Shown here: positions 55,212 through 64,000 of the stretch, one piece after another
How the letters are laid out: every line of letters begins with the position of its first letter
Position numbering within the stretch: the stretch's first letter is position 1
Assembly: GCA_963667785.2 (NCBI GenBank)
Contig: CAXXMU010000002.1
Span: forward strand, 448,001-512,000
Length of the DNA stretch: 64,000 bases
Direction of reading: 5' to 3'
Origin: Alphaproteobacteria bacterium
GTDB taxonomy: Bacteria; Pseudomonadota; Alphaproteobacteria; UBA828
The notes under the pieces: generated by a model
Told to the model about the DNA's origin: nothing
What the model saw: only the letters and a program-made list of their open reading frames with translations
Database searches by the model: none
Position numbers and translations under genes: made by a program

Positions 55212-55924
55212 GCACGCCGCTGCTGGAGGTCGATTCCCTCGATGCCGGCTATCACGGCCAGCGCGTGCTGCGAGACATCTCGTTCGCCGTGCCGGAGGGC
55301 GGTCTCATCACCATCATCGGGCCGAACGGACACGGCAAGACGACGCTGCTGCGCGCCGTTTCCGGCCTGATCCATCCCATGGCCGGCGAGATCCGGTTCG
55401 ACGGCCGCGGACTCGGCCGAGCTCGGGTGGACCAGATCGTCGCCCTCGGCATCGTCCATATCCCGCAGGGCGACATGATCTTTTCGGAGATGACGGTGCG
55501 GGACAATCTGCTCATGGGCGCCTACCTGCCGGGGCCCTACCGCCAGCTCGAGGCGAGTCTCAAGGAGGTCTACGCGCTGCTACCGAGGCTCCAGGAGCGC
55601 GAGAGCCAGGTCGCGTCCACGCTCTCGGGCGGCGAGCGGCGGATGCTCGCGATCGGGCGCGGGATGATGACCGGCGGCCGCATCCTGCTGATCGACGAGC
55701 CGTCGCTGGGGCTCGCCCCCATCGCGATCGACACCATCTACGGCCTCATCCGGGCGCTCAAGGAGGCGGGTCGCACGATCCTGCTGGTGGAAGAGAACGC
55801 GAGCCGCGTCCACGATCTCGCGGACCGCATCTATCTGCTCGACCACGGCGAGTTCGTCTGGCAGGGCACCGCGAGCGAACTCGACCTCCACGAGGAAATC
55901 GTCGAGACCTACCTCGGCGGCTGA
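55208..55924 (+). CDS. ABC ATP-binding protein, LivF-like
   Basis: GPNGHGKTT, LSGGERRMLAIGR, DEPSLGLAP. Confidence 0.9.
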   Translation: MSTPLLEVDSLDAGYHGQRVLRDISFAVPEGGLITIIGPNGHGKTTLLRAVSGLIHPMAGEIRFDGRGLGRARVDQIVALGIVHIPQGDMIFSEMTVRDNLLMGAYLPGPYRQLEASLKEVYALLPRLQERESQVASTLSGGERRMLAIGRGMMTGGRILLIDEPSLGLAPIAIDTIYGLIRALKEAGRTILLVEENASRVHDLADRIYLLDHGEFVWQGTASELDLHEEIVETYLGG

Positions 55925-55933
55925 GACGGCGCA

Positions 55934-56812
55934 GTGGAAACCTTCGTCCAGATTCTCGTCAGCGGCCTCACGCTCGGCGCCATGTACGCCGCGAGCACCA
56001 TCGGCCTCTCCCTTGTCTGGGGTGCGATGGGCGTGCTCAACATGGCGCACGGCGCGCTGCTCACCATCGGCGGCTACGCCTCCTATTCGGCCGTGCTCCA
56101 GGTCGGCCTGCCGTGGTACCTCGGCCTGCCAGCTGCGATGGTCGTGAGCTTCGTGGTGGGCCTCGCCATCTACCACATCATCTTTCGCTTCATGTACCGG
56201 CACCCGGCGTTCGAGACGAACGTGATCATCGCCACGGTCGGGCTGGCCATCTTCCTCGAGCAGGTGACGCTCCTCATCTACGGCGCCTATCCGTTTCCGC
56301 AGCCCTTCGCCATCGAGGAGGGTTTTTATGTCACCAGCGTCTTCGTTCGCTTCCAGAACGTGCTGATCCTGGTGCTGGCGGTCGTGACCATGCTCCTGGT
56401 CGCGCTGCTGCTCTCGCGCACGCGGGTGGGCCGGGCGATCCGAGCGACCGCGTTGAATCGCGAGGCGGCCCAGCTCATGGGAGTCAACGTCGGGCGCGTC
56501 TTCGCCCAGGTGATGGGGATTGCCGGCATCGTGGCCGCGATCTCCGGCGTCATGCTGAGCTCGATCACGACGCTGGCGCCGACCATGGGCTACGACCCTA
56601 TGCTCAAGGCCTTCATCATCTGCGTGATCGCGGGCCTGGGCAACGTGCCGGGGGCGCTTATCGCGGCCTTCGTCCTCGGCCTCTTCGAGGCGGTGGTCCA
56701 GTTTGCGCTCGGCGTCCGCTTCGGATTCCCGGCGCTGCTGCTGCTGGTCATCGCCGCCCTGATCTGGCGCCCCTACGGCGTCTTCGGGCGGCGCGTGGTG
56801 CGGCGCGTCTAA
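55934..56812 (+). CDS. ABC permease, LivH-like
   Basis: GLSLVWGAMGVLNMAHG, GRAIRA, LMGVN. Confidence 0.9.
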   Translation: METFVQILVSGLTLGAMYAASTIGLSLVWGAMGVLNMAHGALLTIGGYASYSAVLQVGLPWYLGLPAAMVVSFVVGLAIYHIIFRFMYRHPAFETNVIIATVGLAIFLEQVTLLIYGAYPFPQPFAIEEGFYVTSVFVRFQNVLILVLAVVTMLLVALLLSRTRVGRAIRATALNREAAQLMGVNVGRVFAQVMGIAGIVAAISGVMLSSITTLAPTMGYDPMLKAFIICVIAGLGNVPGALIAAFVLGLFEAVVQFALGVRFGFPALLLLVIAALIWRPYGVFGRRVVRRV

Positions 56813-57876
56813 TGTTCGAGACCGGCCCCAACTGGCGGCGGGATGTCGCCATCGGCGCGATCCTGATCGCGGTGATGATCGCCATCCCCCTTCTCGGACC
56901 CTCGCGCTACTTCATCGGGCAGCTCACGCTCTTCTTCCTCTGGGCGACGGTCGTCTCGCAATGGAACCTGGTGTTCGGCGTCGCCGGCATCTTCTCGCTC
57001 GCCCAGATGGCGATCTTCGCCTTCGGCGGCTTCGCCACCGGCATGATGGGGCTCTACCTCGGCATCTCGCTCTGGATCGCGCTGCCGCTCGCCGGCATCG
57101 GCTCGATCCTCTTCAGCCTGCTGATCGGCCTCGCCTGCCTGAGGCTGCGCGGGCCCTACGTGGCGCTGCTCACGCTCGCCATCGCCCAGGTGATGTATCT
57201 GCTCATCATCACCGATACCGCGTGCTTCTACATGGAGGGCGTGACCTGCCGGAACTTCACCGGCGGCACGCGGGGCCTCGCCAAGTTCGGCGATTTCGGC
57301 TTCCGCGAGATGCTCGGCCGGCGCGAGTATCTGAAGGGCGACTACTACCTCTCGCTCTTCGTGCTGACGCTGGCGGTGGTCTTCTCCTTTGCCGTCATCC
57401 GCAGCCCGCTCGGCTTCGCCTTTCGCGCGCTCCGCGACAATCCGGAGTACGGCATCTCGCGCGGCCTCAACCGCTTCAAGTACCAGCTCCTCGTGTTCGC
57501 CATGTCGGCTTTCTTCACCGGGCTCGCGGGTGGCGTCTTCGCCGGGCACTTCCGGGTCATCGGCGCCAACGTCCTGAACCTGCCGTTGCTGCTCTTCCTG
57601 ATCTCGATGATGGTGGTCGGCGGGTTGGGGCGCGCCTGGGGGCCGATCCTCGGCGCTGCCCTGGTGATGCTGGCGGACGAGGGAATGAAGGACTTCGTCG
57701 AGATCAGGAACATGGGCTACGGCGCGCTGATCGTCGCCATCGTCGTGCTTCTGCCCCAGGGCGCCGCCGGTGGGCTGGAGCAGATCTGGGACTGGGGGCG
57801 CCGGCAGCTGCTCAGGCTGCGGGGAGGGCGCGACCCGGCCGCGACGGGCGGAGCCGGCGCGGGGCGGCGCGAGTGA
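56812..57876 (+). CDS. ABC permease, LivM-like
   Basis: WNLVFG.AG.FSL, LRLRGPYVALLTL, RALRDN, MMVVGGLG. Confidence 0.9.
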   Translation: MFETGPNWRRDVAIGAILIAVMIAIPLLGPSRYFIGQLTLFFLWATVVSQWNLVFGVAGIFSLAQMAIFAFGGFATGMMGLYLGISLWIALPLAGIGSILFSLLIGLACLRLRGPYVALLTLAIAQVMYLLIITDTACFYMEGVTCRNFTGGTRGLAKFGDFGFREMLGRREYLKGDYYLSLFVLTLAVVFSFAVIRSPLGFAFRALRDNPEYGISRGLNRFKYQLLVFAMSAFFTGLAGGVFAGHFRVIGANVLNLPLLLFLISMMVVGGLGRAWGPILGAALVMLADEGMKDFVEIRNMGYGALIVAIVVLLPQGAAGGLEQIWDWGRRQLLRLRGGRDPAATGGAGAGRRE

Positions 57877-57926
57877 GGAACGCCGTCGTCACCGCCCACG
57901 CCCCCTGAGCGAACGCGGAGCGCACC

Positions 57927-58823
57927 ATGGCAGACGTCCCCAACGAGCCCGTTCTCTATCTCAACGGCGATTTCGTGCCCCTTGGCGAGGCCAGGATCTC
58001 GGTGCTGGACCAGGGCTTCCTGCTCGGCGACGGGGTCTTCGACGTGGTCTCCGCCTGGAAGGGCTCAATCTTCAAGCTCGACCAGCATATCGAGCGCTTC
58101 TTCGATTCCCTGCGCGCCACACGGCTCGAGACCGCCATGACCCGCGCCGACTGGCGCGCGGCCATCGTCGAGACCTGCCGGCGCAACGGGCTCCGCGATG
58201 CCAGCATCCGCTTCATCGTGACCCGCGGCGCGCCGAATGCCGTCGTCGCCGACCCGCGCGACTTCGAACCGACCCGGATCGTCTGGGCCGCGCCCTATAT
58301 CTTCCTCGCCGACGAGGCGACGCGGCAGAGCGGCATCCGCCTCCACATCACCCACTTGCGGGCGTTCTCTCCCGACACGCTCGATGCGCGCTATAAGTGC
58401 CTCGACCGGCTGCACTCGCAGATGGCGCGAATCGAGGCGCTGGAGGCCGGATACGACGACGTGATCTGGCTGGATCAGGCCGGCTATGCCTGCGAGGGGC
58501 CGGCCTCCAACATCTTCGCGGTCAAGGACGGCGTCGTGCGCACGCCGGGGCGCAACGTGCTGCGCGGCATCACCCGCCAGACCTTCATCGAGCTCACCGG
58601 GGAAGCGGGCCTTGCGCTCGAGGAGGGCGACCTGACGCCCTTCGACCTCTACGCCGCGGACGAGGTCTTCACCTGCAGCACGGCGGGCGGTGCGCTCGCG
58701 GTGCGCGAGATCGCCGGCCGCAGGATGCCGCAGCCCTGTCCCGGTCCGGTCACCGAGCGGCTGGACGGGCTCTACTGGACGCTCCGCGACTCCGGCGCCC
58801 ACGGCACGCCGGTATTCGACTGA
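57927..58823 (+). CDS. Fold-type IV PLP aminotransferase (BCAT/DAAT/R-amine transaminase family)
   Basis: YLNGDFV, DQGFLLGDGVFDV, HIERF, EGPASNIF, LRGITR, ADEVF..STAG. Confidence 0.9.
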   Translation: MADVPNEPVLYLNGDFVPLGEARISVLDQGFLLGDGVFDVVSAWKGSIFKLDQHIERFFDSLRATRLETAMTRADWRAAIVETCRRNGLRDASIRFIVTRGAPNAVVADPRDFEPTRIVWAAPYIFLADEATRQSGIRLHITHLRAFSPDTLDARYKCLDRLHSQMARIEALEAGYDDVIWLDQAGYACEGPASNIFAVKDGVVRTPGRNVLRGITRQTFIELTGEAGLALEEGDLTPFDLYAADEVFTCSTAGGALAVREIAGRRMPQPCPGPVTERLDGLYWTLRDSGAHGTPVFD

Positions 58824-58858
58824 CGAGAAGCGCTGCATTCTCTAGGGCATACAAAGTC

Positions 58859-59149
58859 GTGGCGCACCTTGGCGCAGCCCTCGTCGTTGTCGTCGGGGTC
58901 TCCCTTGTATTGGCCCCTTGGCCGCGCGACTCCGGTTGGTCGTCGGCCGTGGCTCAGACTCGAGAAGTCGCTTCGAGCAACGACGACTGCCGCATCAAGG
59001 GGAACATCAGCCGGAGCGGCGAACGCATCTACCATGTCCCCGGCGGCCGATACTACGAGCGTACCCTGATCGATCCGTCGAAAGGCGAACGCTGGTTTTG
59101 CACCGAGGAGGAAGCGCGCTCGGCCGGGTGGCGAAGATCGATGCGGTGA
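58859..59149 (+). CDS. Small membrane-anchored protein with C.IKGNIS..GERIYH..G...Y...WFC.EEEA..AGWR domain (ExoI/thermonuclease-associated C-terminal type); start uncertain
   Basis: Motif visible at the end of ORF 58397-59149; hydrophobic N-terminus after GTG 58859. Confidence 0.65.
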   Translation: MAHLGAALVVVVGVSLVLAPWPRDSGWSSAVAQTREVASSNDDCRIKGNISRSGERIYHVPGGRYYERTLIDPSKGERWFCTEEEARSAGWRRSMR

Positions 59150-59177
59150 TGTCGCGGGACGATCGAGGGCAGCGCCC

Positions 59178-60176
59178 CTACGGGCGCGGCTCCGCATAAG
59201 GGCCCCGGCCATAGAGCGCCGCCTCGAACGCCCGCAGGCGCTTGTAGACCGAGATCAGCTCGACGATGACCGTCCAGCTGTGGACGAGGAATTGGAAGGC
59301 AGATTCGACGCGGCCGAAGGCCCGGACGATCTGCTGCATGACGCCGAGGGTGATGGCACCGGCGACGATGGTCGGCGCCAGCACGATATAGGGGACGAGG
59401 ACGGCGAACTGCAAGTAGGACCATTTCGCGATATCGAAATACATGTAGTGGAAGAAAAGTCTGAAGTAATTGCGGCGAACGTTGAAGAACAGTTCCCTTA
59501 CCGTCGGCGGGTCCGCCCGTTCTTCGTGGTCCTCTCCGTACACTAATTCCTTCCGGTAGGCAGCCTCGACGACCTGGTTGTTGAACTCCAGGCCCGGCAA
59601 TCTGATGCCGACGACGGCGAGAACGGCGGTGCCGAACAGCGCGAGGATGATGGCGGTGTAGACCAGCGAGTGGTCCAGCGGTCCGATCACGGGTACCACC
59701 TTGATGGACTTCGACAACTGCCACAGGATCGGCAAAAAGGCGAAGAGCGTCATGATGGAATCGAGAAGGCGGCTGCCCAGTGATTCCATGATGATGGCGA
59801 AGCGGCGGGTGTCCTCCTGGATGCGCTGGCTGGCGCCTTCGATGTGGCGCAGGCGCGCCCAGCGGGCCATGTAGAAGTCGTTCATCGCATGGCGCCAGCG
59901 GAACACCCAGTGTTTCGTGAAGAAGCTCAGCATTACCGCGACGACGATGTAGATGCCGGCAATGCGCGCGAAGGTGAATATCAGCGCATAGAATTCCTCG
60001 ATGGTCATGCTGCCCGGCTCGCCGAGCGCCATCTGGACGGCGTCGTAGAATTCGCCGAACCACTCGTTGATCTGTACGTCGACCTGCACCTGATACCAGG
60101 TACCGCCGATAATAATGGCCATGCCGCCCCAGGCCCATAACGCCCACTCGCGGGACAGAAAAAATGACCGAAACAT
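59178..60176 (-). CDS. SbmA/BacA-like peptide uptake transporter
   Basis: MFRSFF, FRWRHAMN, HIEGASQRIQEDT, LPGLEFNNQVVEAAYRKELVYGED, ELISVYKRLRAFE. Confidence 0.85.
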   Translation of the reverse strand: MFRSFFLSREWALWAWGGMAIIIGGTWYQVQVDVQINEWFGEFYDAVQMALGEPGSMTIEEFYALIFTFARIAGIYIVVAVMLSFFTKHWVFRWRHAMNDFYMARWARLRHIEGASQRIQEDTRRFAIIMESLGSRLLDSIMTLFAFLPILWQLSKSIKVVPVIGPLDHSLVYTAIILALFGTAVLAVVGIRLPGLEFNNQVVEAAYRKELVYGEDHEERADPPTVRELFFNVRRNYFRLFFHYMYFDIAKWSYLQFAVLVPYIVLAPTIVAGAITLGVMQQIVRAFGRVESAFQFLVHSWTVIVELISVYKRLRAFEAALYGRGPYAEPRP

Positions 60177-60375
60177 GCATCCTCCGCGTCAAGCACTCGG
60201 CGACGAACAGAATTACTTGGAGATAAACCCGCTAGTCCGTGTTGTTCTGGGGACGGAAATAAATGTCACGTCGGCGAGATAGTGGATACGGCGTGTCTCA
60301 ACTTCAAGTCACGATGCGGTGTTGGGCGTCTCCCGCCGATCCCGGTTCGCGGTCCAGGCCGCCGCGCGGCCGCTC

Positions 60376-60831
60376 TCAGCCCCAATAGTGGCCCGTCGAG
60401 GCGATCACCAGGGTCGCGACTCCGAGCGCAAGATTGACGGTGATGATCCAGCGGATCCCTTCGATTGCCTGCCCCGCAGCAGGCGGCGAGCCTGCGTCGA
60501 GCGCCTTGAGAAACCTGCGATAGGGGCCGACGAGCAGGACCAGGAAGAGCAGGGCCATGAGCACGCCGGTCCCCTGCATGAGATGCACCGACAGGCCGAT
60601 GGCGCCGAAGCCGCCGAGCTCCACCAGGATCATGGCATGACCGGTCGCGAGCAGCGCCAGCACAGAGACGCCGACGGCGGGGAAGAAGCGGGCGAAGACC
60701 CGCCGCCAGAGCGCGAGCCTCTCCGTCGGCGCCATCGGGCCGACCGCCGGCCTCAGCACGATGAGGGCGAAGAACATGCCGCCCACCCAGACGACGGCGC
60801 TCAGGACATGGATGGCGAGGAGATAGGCCAT
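60376..60831 (-). CDS. CopD-like four-TM membrane protein
   Basis: HVLSAVVWVGGMFFALIVLRP; four hydrophobic helices. Confidence 0.7.
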   Translation of the reverse strand: MAYLLAIHVLSAVVWVGGMFFALIVLRPAVGPMAPTERLALWRRVFARFFPAVGVSVLALLATGHAMILVELGGFGAIGLSVHLMQGTGVLMALLFLVLLVGPYRRFLKALDAGSPPAAGQAIEGIRWIITVNLALGVATLVIASTGHYWG

Positions 60832-60910
60832 GGCTCACGCTCACAGGCTCGCATGCGAGCTCGTAGCACGCGGCGGCACCGGAGGCCACGGTGCGCGACG
60901 GCCCGGGTCC

Positions 60911-60945
60911 GAGAATTGACAAGTTCTCAGACAGCGCTATCTAAT
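60911..60945 (+). promoter_or_regulatory. Candidate sigma70 promoter of erpA-xth with overlapping dyad
   Basis: TTGACA (60916-21) with TATCTAAT (60938-45); GAGAA-N8-TTCTC dyad over the -35. Confidence 0.45.
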
Positions 60946-60980
60946 CCCCTGAAGGGTCACAGGCAGGATCGCGCAGCGCT

Positions 60981-61355
60981 ATGGCACGTTCGTTCGACAC
61001 GATGGAACCGGTCGCCGCAGGCGAGGGGCCGATCACGCTCTCGGCCAGCGCCGCCCGGCGAATCGCGGCGCTGATCGCCGACGAGGCCGGTTCGGGGACG
61101 ATGCTCCGGGTCAGCGTCTCGGGCGGCGGCTGCTCGGGCTTCCAGTACGGGTTCGCCTTCGAGTCGGATCGGCGGCCGGACGACATCGCCATTGAGCGGG
61201 ACGGAGTCGTGGCGCTGGTGGACCGGGTCTCGGCCGGCTACATGGCAGGCGCCGAGATCGACTACGTGGAGGATCTGATCGGCGCCGCCTTCCAGGTGAA
61301 GAACCCGAACGCGGTCTCCGGCTGCGGCTGCGGTACGTCCTTCTCCCTCGTCTGA
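60981..61355 (+). CDS. erpA: Fe-S cluster insertion protein ErpA/IscA (HesB family)
   Basis: GGGCSGFQY, NPNA..GCGCGTSF; erpA-xth adjacency typical of alphaproteobacteria. Confidence 0.85.
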   Translation: MARSFDTMEPVAAGEGPITLSASAARRIAALIADEAGSGTMLRVSVSGGGCSGFQYGFAFESDRRPDDIAIERDGVVALVDRVSAGYMAGAEIDYVEDLIGAAFQVKNPNAVSGCGCGTSFSLV

Positions 61356-61359
61356 GCCC

Positions 61360-62133
61360 GTGCTCAAGATAGCGAGCTGGAACGTCAACTCGATCAAGGT
61401 CCGGCTGCCCGCCCTGCTGCGGTGGGTAAGCGACGCCGCGCCCGACGTGGTGCTGCTGCAGGAGACCAAGTCGCTCGACGAGGCCTTTCCGCGCCTCGAG
61501 ATCGAGGACTGCGGCTACAACCTCGCGGTCCACGGGCAGAAGACCTACAACGGCGTCGCCATCCTCAGCAAGCGGCCGCTCGAGGATGTCAGCGTCGGCC
61601 TCGACGGCGATGACGACGACCGCCAGGCGCGCTACATCGAGGCCGTGACCGGCGGCGTTCGCGTCGCCTCGATCTACCTGCCCAACGGCAACCCGGTCGC
61701 GAGCGAGAAGTTCCCCTACAAGCTCGCCTGGATGGAGAGGCTCGCCGCCCGCGCCGCGACGCTGCTCGAGCACGAGGAGGCCGTGGTGCTCGGCGGCGAC
61801 TACAACGTCATGCCGGCCGACCTCGACTGTTACGACCCGCCCGCCTGGCGCGACGACGCGCTCTGCCGCACGGAGTCGCGCGCCCGCTTCCGCACCATCC
61901 TCCACGGCGGCTACGTGGAGGCCTTCCGCACGCTGCATCCGCACCGGCGCGCCTACACCTTCTGGGACTATCAGGCAGGCCGCTGGCAGCGGGGCGAAGG
62001 CTTGCGCATCGACCATCTGCTGCTCTCGCCCGAGGCGGCGGACCGGCTGGAGGCCTGCGAGATCGACACGGACCCGCGGGGCCGCGAGAAGGCATCGGAT
62101 CACACGCCGATCTGGTGCACGCTGCGGGAATGA
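61360..62133 (+). CDS. xth: Exodeoxyribonuclease III
   Basis: ASWNVNS, LQETK, YNGVA, GDYN, GLRIDH, SDH.P. Confidence 0.94.
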   Translation: MLKIASWNVNSIKVRLPALLRWVSDAAPDVVLLQETKSLDEAFPRLEIEDCGYNLAVHGQKTYNGVAILSKRPLEDVSVGLDGDDDDRQARYIEAVTGGVRVASIYLPNGNPVASEKFPYKLAWMERLAARAATLLEHEEAVVLGGDYNVMPADLDCYDPPAWRDDALCRTESRARFRTILHGGYVEAFRTLHPHRRAYTFWDYQAGRWQRGEGLRIDHLLLSPEAADRLEACEIDTDPRGREKASDHTPIWCTLRE

Positions 62134-62561
62134 GCGAGGACGCGACCATCGAGGGCGGCTGCCGCTGCGGGGCGGTGCGCTATCGGGCGGGCGGCGGGCC
62201 GCTCTGGGTCACTCACTGCCATTGCGAGGAGTGCCGGCGCTCGTCCGGCGCGCCGGTCTCGACCTTCGTCGGCGTGCGCTCAGGGGAGTTCGCCTTCGTC
62301 GCCGGCACGCCCTCGGCCTACGAGAGCTCGCCCGAGGTGATGCGCAGGTTCTGCGGCGCCTGCGGAACCCCGCTCACCTACGAAGCCGCGGTCTATCCAG
62401 GCGAGGTGCACATCATGGCCGGCACGCTGGATTTGCCGGCGTTGCTCGCGCCGGAGCGGCACGTCTTCGTGCGCGAGCGCATGCCCTGGATGGACCTGAC
62501 GGACACGCTCCCCCGCCACGATACGTTGCCGCAGGGCGTCCCGCGGGTTCCGCGGGCCTGA
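62130..62561 (+). CDS. GFA/CENP-V family protein
   Basis: GGCRCGAVRY, CHCEECRR, RFCGACGTPL; ATGA overlap with xth. Confidence 0.88.
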   Translation: MSEDATIEGGCRCGAVRYRAGGGPLWVTHCHCEECRRSSGAPVSTFVGVRSGEFAFVAGTPSAYESSPEVMRRFCGACGTPLTYEAAVYPGEVHIMAGTLDLPALLAPERHVFVRERMPWMDLTDTLPRHDTLPQGVPRVPRA

Positions 62562-62617
62562 AGAAGCCCGCGCTCCGGCGCCGCTTGACGGGACGGCTGT
62601 CGGGTAGTGCTGCGGCC

Positions 62618-63079
62618 TCAGGCGGCGGCGGCGAAGCGGCCGAACTCGTAGCGCTTGCGCGCGGTCGGCCCCTTGCTGCCTTTCGGCTCCTTTTCCACCT
62701 CGAAGTTGAGCTCGATGACGACGCCGCTGGGGTCGAGGACGAAGAGCTGCCAGAGCTTGAAGTCCGGGATGTTCATCTGGCGCCATTCGCACTTGTGCTT
62801 CATGAAGGTCTTCTTCATCTCGTCGAAGCCCGTGGCGCGGAGCGCGATATGGTCCACCGGCGAGGTGCGCTGGTTGTACCGGTAGTTGCCGCTGTGGGTC
62901 TTGGCGGCGTCGCCGCCATAGATGTGGAACATGGTCTCGCCCATCTGGAGCCAGGCGCCGGGAAACGGGAAGTCCGGGCGTTCGACCTGTTCCATGCCGA
63001 GGACCTCAGTATAGAAGACCACCGTCTCCTCGAGGTTCTTCGACTTGATGGCCACGTGGTGCAGGTCGAGCAGGGGCAT
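62618..63079 (-). CDS. VOC/glyoxalase family protein
   Basis: LHHVAI, FYTEVLG, RPDFPFPGAWL, DHIA, DPSGVVIELNF; AAGGAGAG RBS. Confidence 0.85.
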   Translation of the reverse strand: MPLLDLHHVAIKSKNLEETVVFYTEVLGMEQVERPDFPFPGAWLQMGETMFHIYGGDAAKTHSGNYRYNQRTSPVDHIALRATGFDEMKKTFMKHKCEWRQMNIPDFKLWQLFVLDPSGVVIELNFEVEKEPKGSKGPTARKRYEFGRFAAAA

Positions 63080-63210
63080 GGGATCTCTCCTTCGCGCGCG
63101 CGGGGCGTGGCCGTATCTTAGCCGCTCCGCCCGGCGAGACAACGGGATTGCATGGGGGCTTGCGGGCGGGCTTCCGCCGGCGGGCGGGCAGATGGGAGAA
63201 GGGGGCGGCC

Positions 63211-64000
63211 ATGAGCGCCTTGCACAGGGACCTGATCGTCATCGACGGCCTGATCGTCTCAAACTGGTCGGAGGCGGTCTTCCGCGACATGCGTGCGGGT
63301 GGGCTGACCGCCGCCAACTGCACCTGCTGCGTGTGGGAGGGATTCGACGAAACCATGACCAACATCGCCGCGTGGAACGGATGGTTCCGCGAGTACGGCG
63401 ATCTCATCGTCAAGGCGCGCACCACTGCCGACATCCGCCGGGCCAAGGAGGAGGGCCGCACGGCGATCGTTCTCGGCTTTCAGAACGTCTCCGCCTTCGA
63501 GGATCGGCTCGGTGCGGTGCAGCTTTTCAAGGACGCGGGCGTCGGCATCGCCCAGCTCGCCTACAACACCCAGAACTACGCGGGCGCCGGCTGCTACGAG
63601 ACTCGCGATTCCGGATTGAGCGACTGGGGGCGCGAGCTGGTGGCCGAGATGAACCGGGCGGGGATGCTGATAGACCTCAGCCACGTGGGCTCCCGCACGT
63701 CCGAGGACGCGATTCGCGAATCGGCCAAGCCGGTCGCCTACACCCACTGCTGCCCGTCCGCCCTCAAGCCGCACCCGCGCAACAAGAGCGACGCGGAGCT
63801 CCGCTTCATCGCCGATAAAGGCGGCATGATCGGGGTCACCATGTTTCCGGCCTTCCTCAGGCGCGGCACCGACTCCACGGTCGATGACTACGTGGCGGCG
63901 ATCGAGCATGTCATCGGGGTAGCTGGCGAGGATCATGTCGCCTTCGGCACGGACTTCACGCAAGGGCACGGCCGCGCCTTCTTCGACTGGATCACCCACG
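63211..64000 (+). CDS. Membrane dipeptidase (peptidase M19), 3' truncated by window
   Basis: Own translation from ATG 63211: VIDGL, LGFQN, QLAYN, EMNRAGMLIDLSHVG, HPRNKSD, HVAFGTDF; not in the ORF track because no stop is reached. Confidence 0.88.
   Translation, partial: MSALHRDLIVIDGLIVSNWSEAVFRDMRAGGLTAANCTCCVWEGFDETMTNIAAWNGWFREYGDLIVKARTTADIRRAKEEGRTAIVLGFQNVSAFEDRLGAVQLFKDAGVGIAQLAYNTQNYAGAGCYETRDSGLSDWGRELVAEMNRAGMLIDLSHVGSRTSEDAIRESAKPVAYTHCCPSALKPHPRNKSDAELRFIADKGGMIGVTMFPAFLRRGTDSTVDDYVAAIEHVIGVAGEDHVAFGTDFTQGHGRAFFDWITH

Noticed and set aside
11856-57876. Apparently giant ORFs 11856-13892, 23608-25017, 28325-30250, 33668-35284, 36790-39390 and 55144-57876
   Set aside because: Their N-terminal extensions are off-frame read-through of the upstream gene; the real starts are internal
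58842-58850. CTAGGGCAT identical to the left end of the 25021 element
   Set aside because: Only 9 nt match and no partner inverted end was seen; may be chance
62130-62561. GFA protein as the formaldehyde sink for Tdm
   Set aside because: It is a generic short GFA/CENP-V-type protein coupled to xth, 9 kb from tdm, with nothing linking the two

Overview
High-GC alphaproteobacterial chromosome segment (taxonomy inferred from gene order and protein style). 1-17.0 kb is conserved housekeeping: nuoC (partial) through nuoN, then birA, coaX, RNase J, methylmalonyl-CoA epimerase (one-base frameshift) and a DUF1467-like gene. About 17-59 kb is a dense catabolic region that looks geared to organic-nitrogen scavenging. 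It holds two paralogous PotD-like ABC modules sharing one ATPase, an ATP-dependent hydantoinase/lactamase pair, a CoA-transferase and acyl-CoA dehydrogenase, a PhyH-like dioxygenase, and a Liv-type ABC system with a fold-IV aminotransferase. The most notable part is a complete TorT-TorS-TorR TMAO-sensing system sitting divergently from tmoXWV (TMAO uptake) and tdm (TMAO demethylase), with no torCAD in the window. The right end carries an SbmA/BacA-like gene, erpA, xth, GFA and VOC genes, and a truncated membrane dipeptidase. A 434-bp CTAG-bounded MITE-like element lies at 25.0-25.5 kb. I saw no rRNA, tRNA, CRISPR array, integrase or transposase. All family calls are from motif recognition by eye, not database searches.
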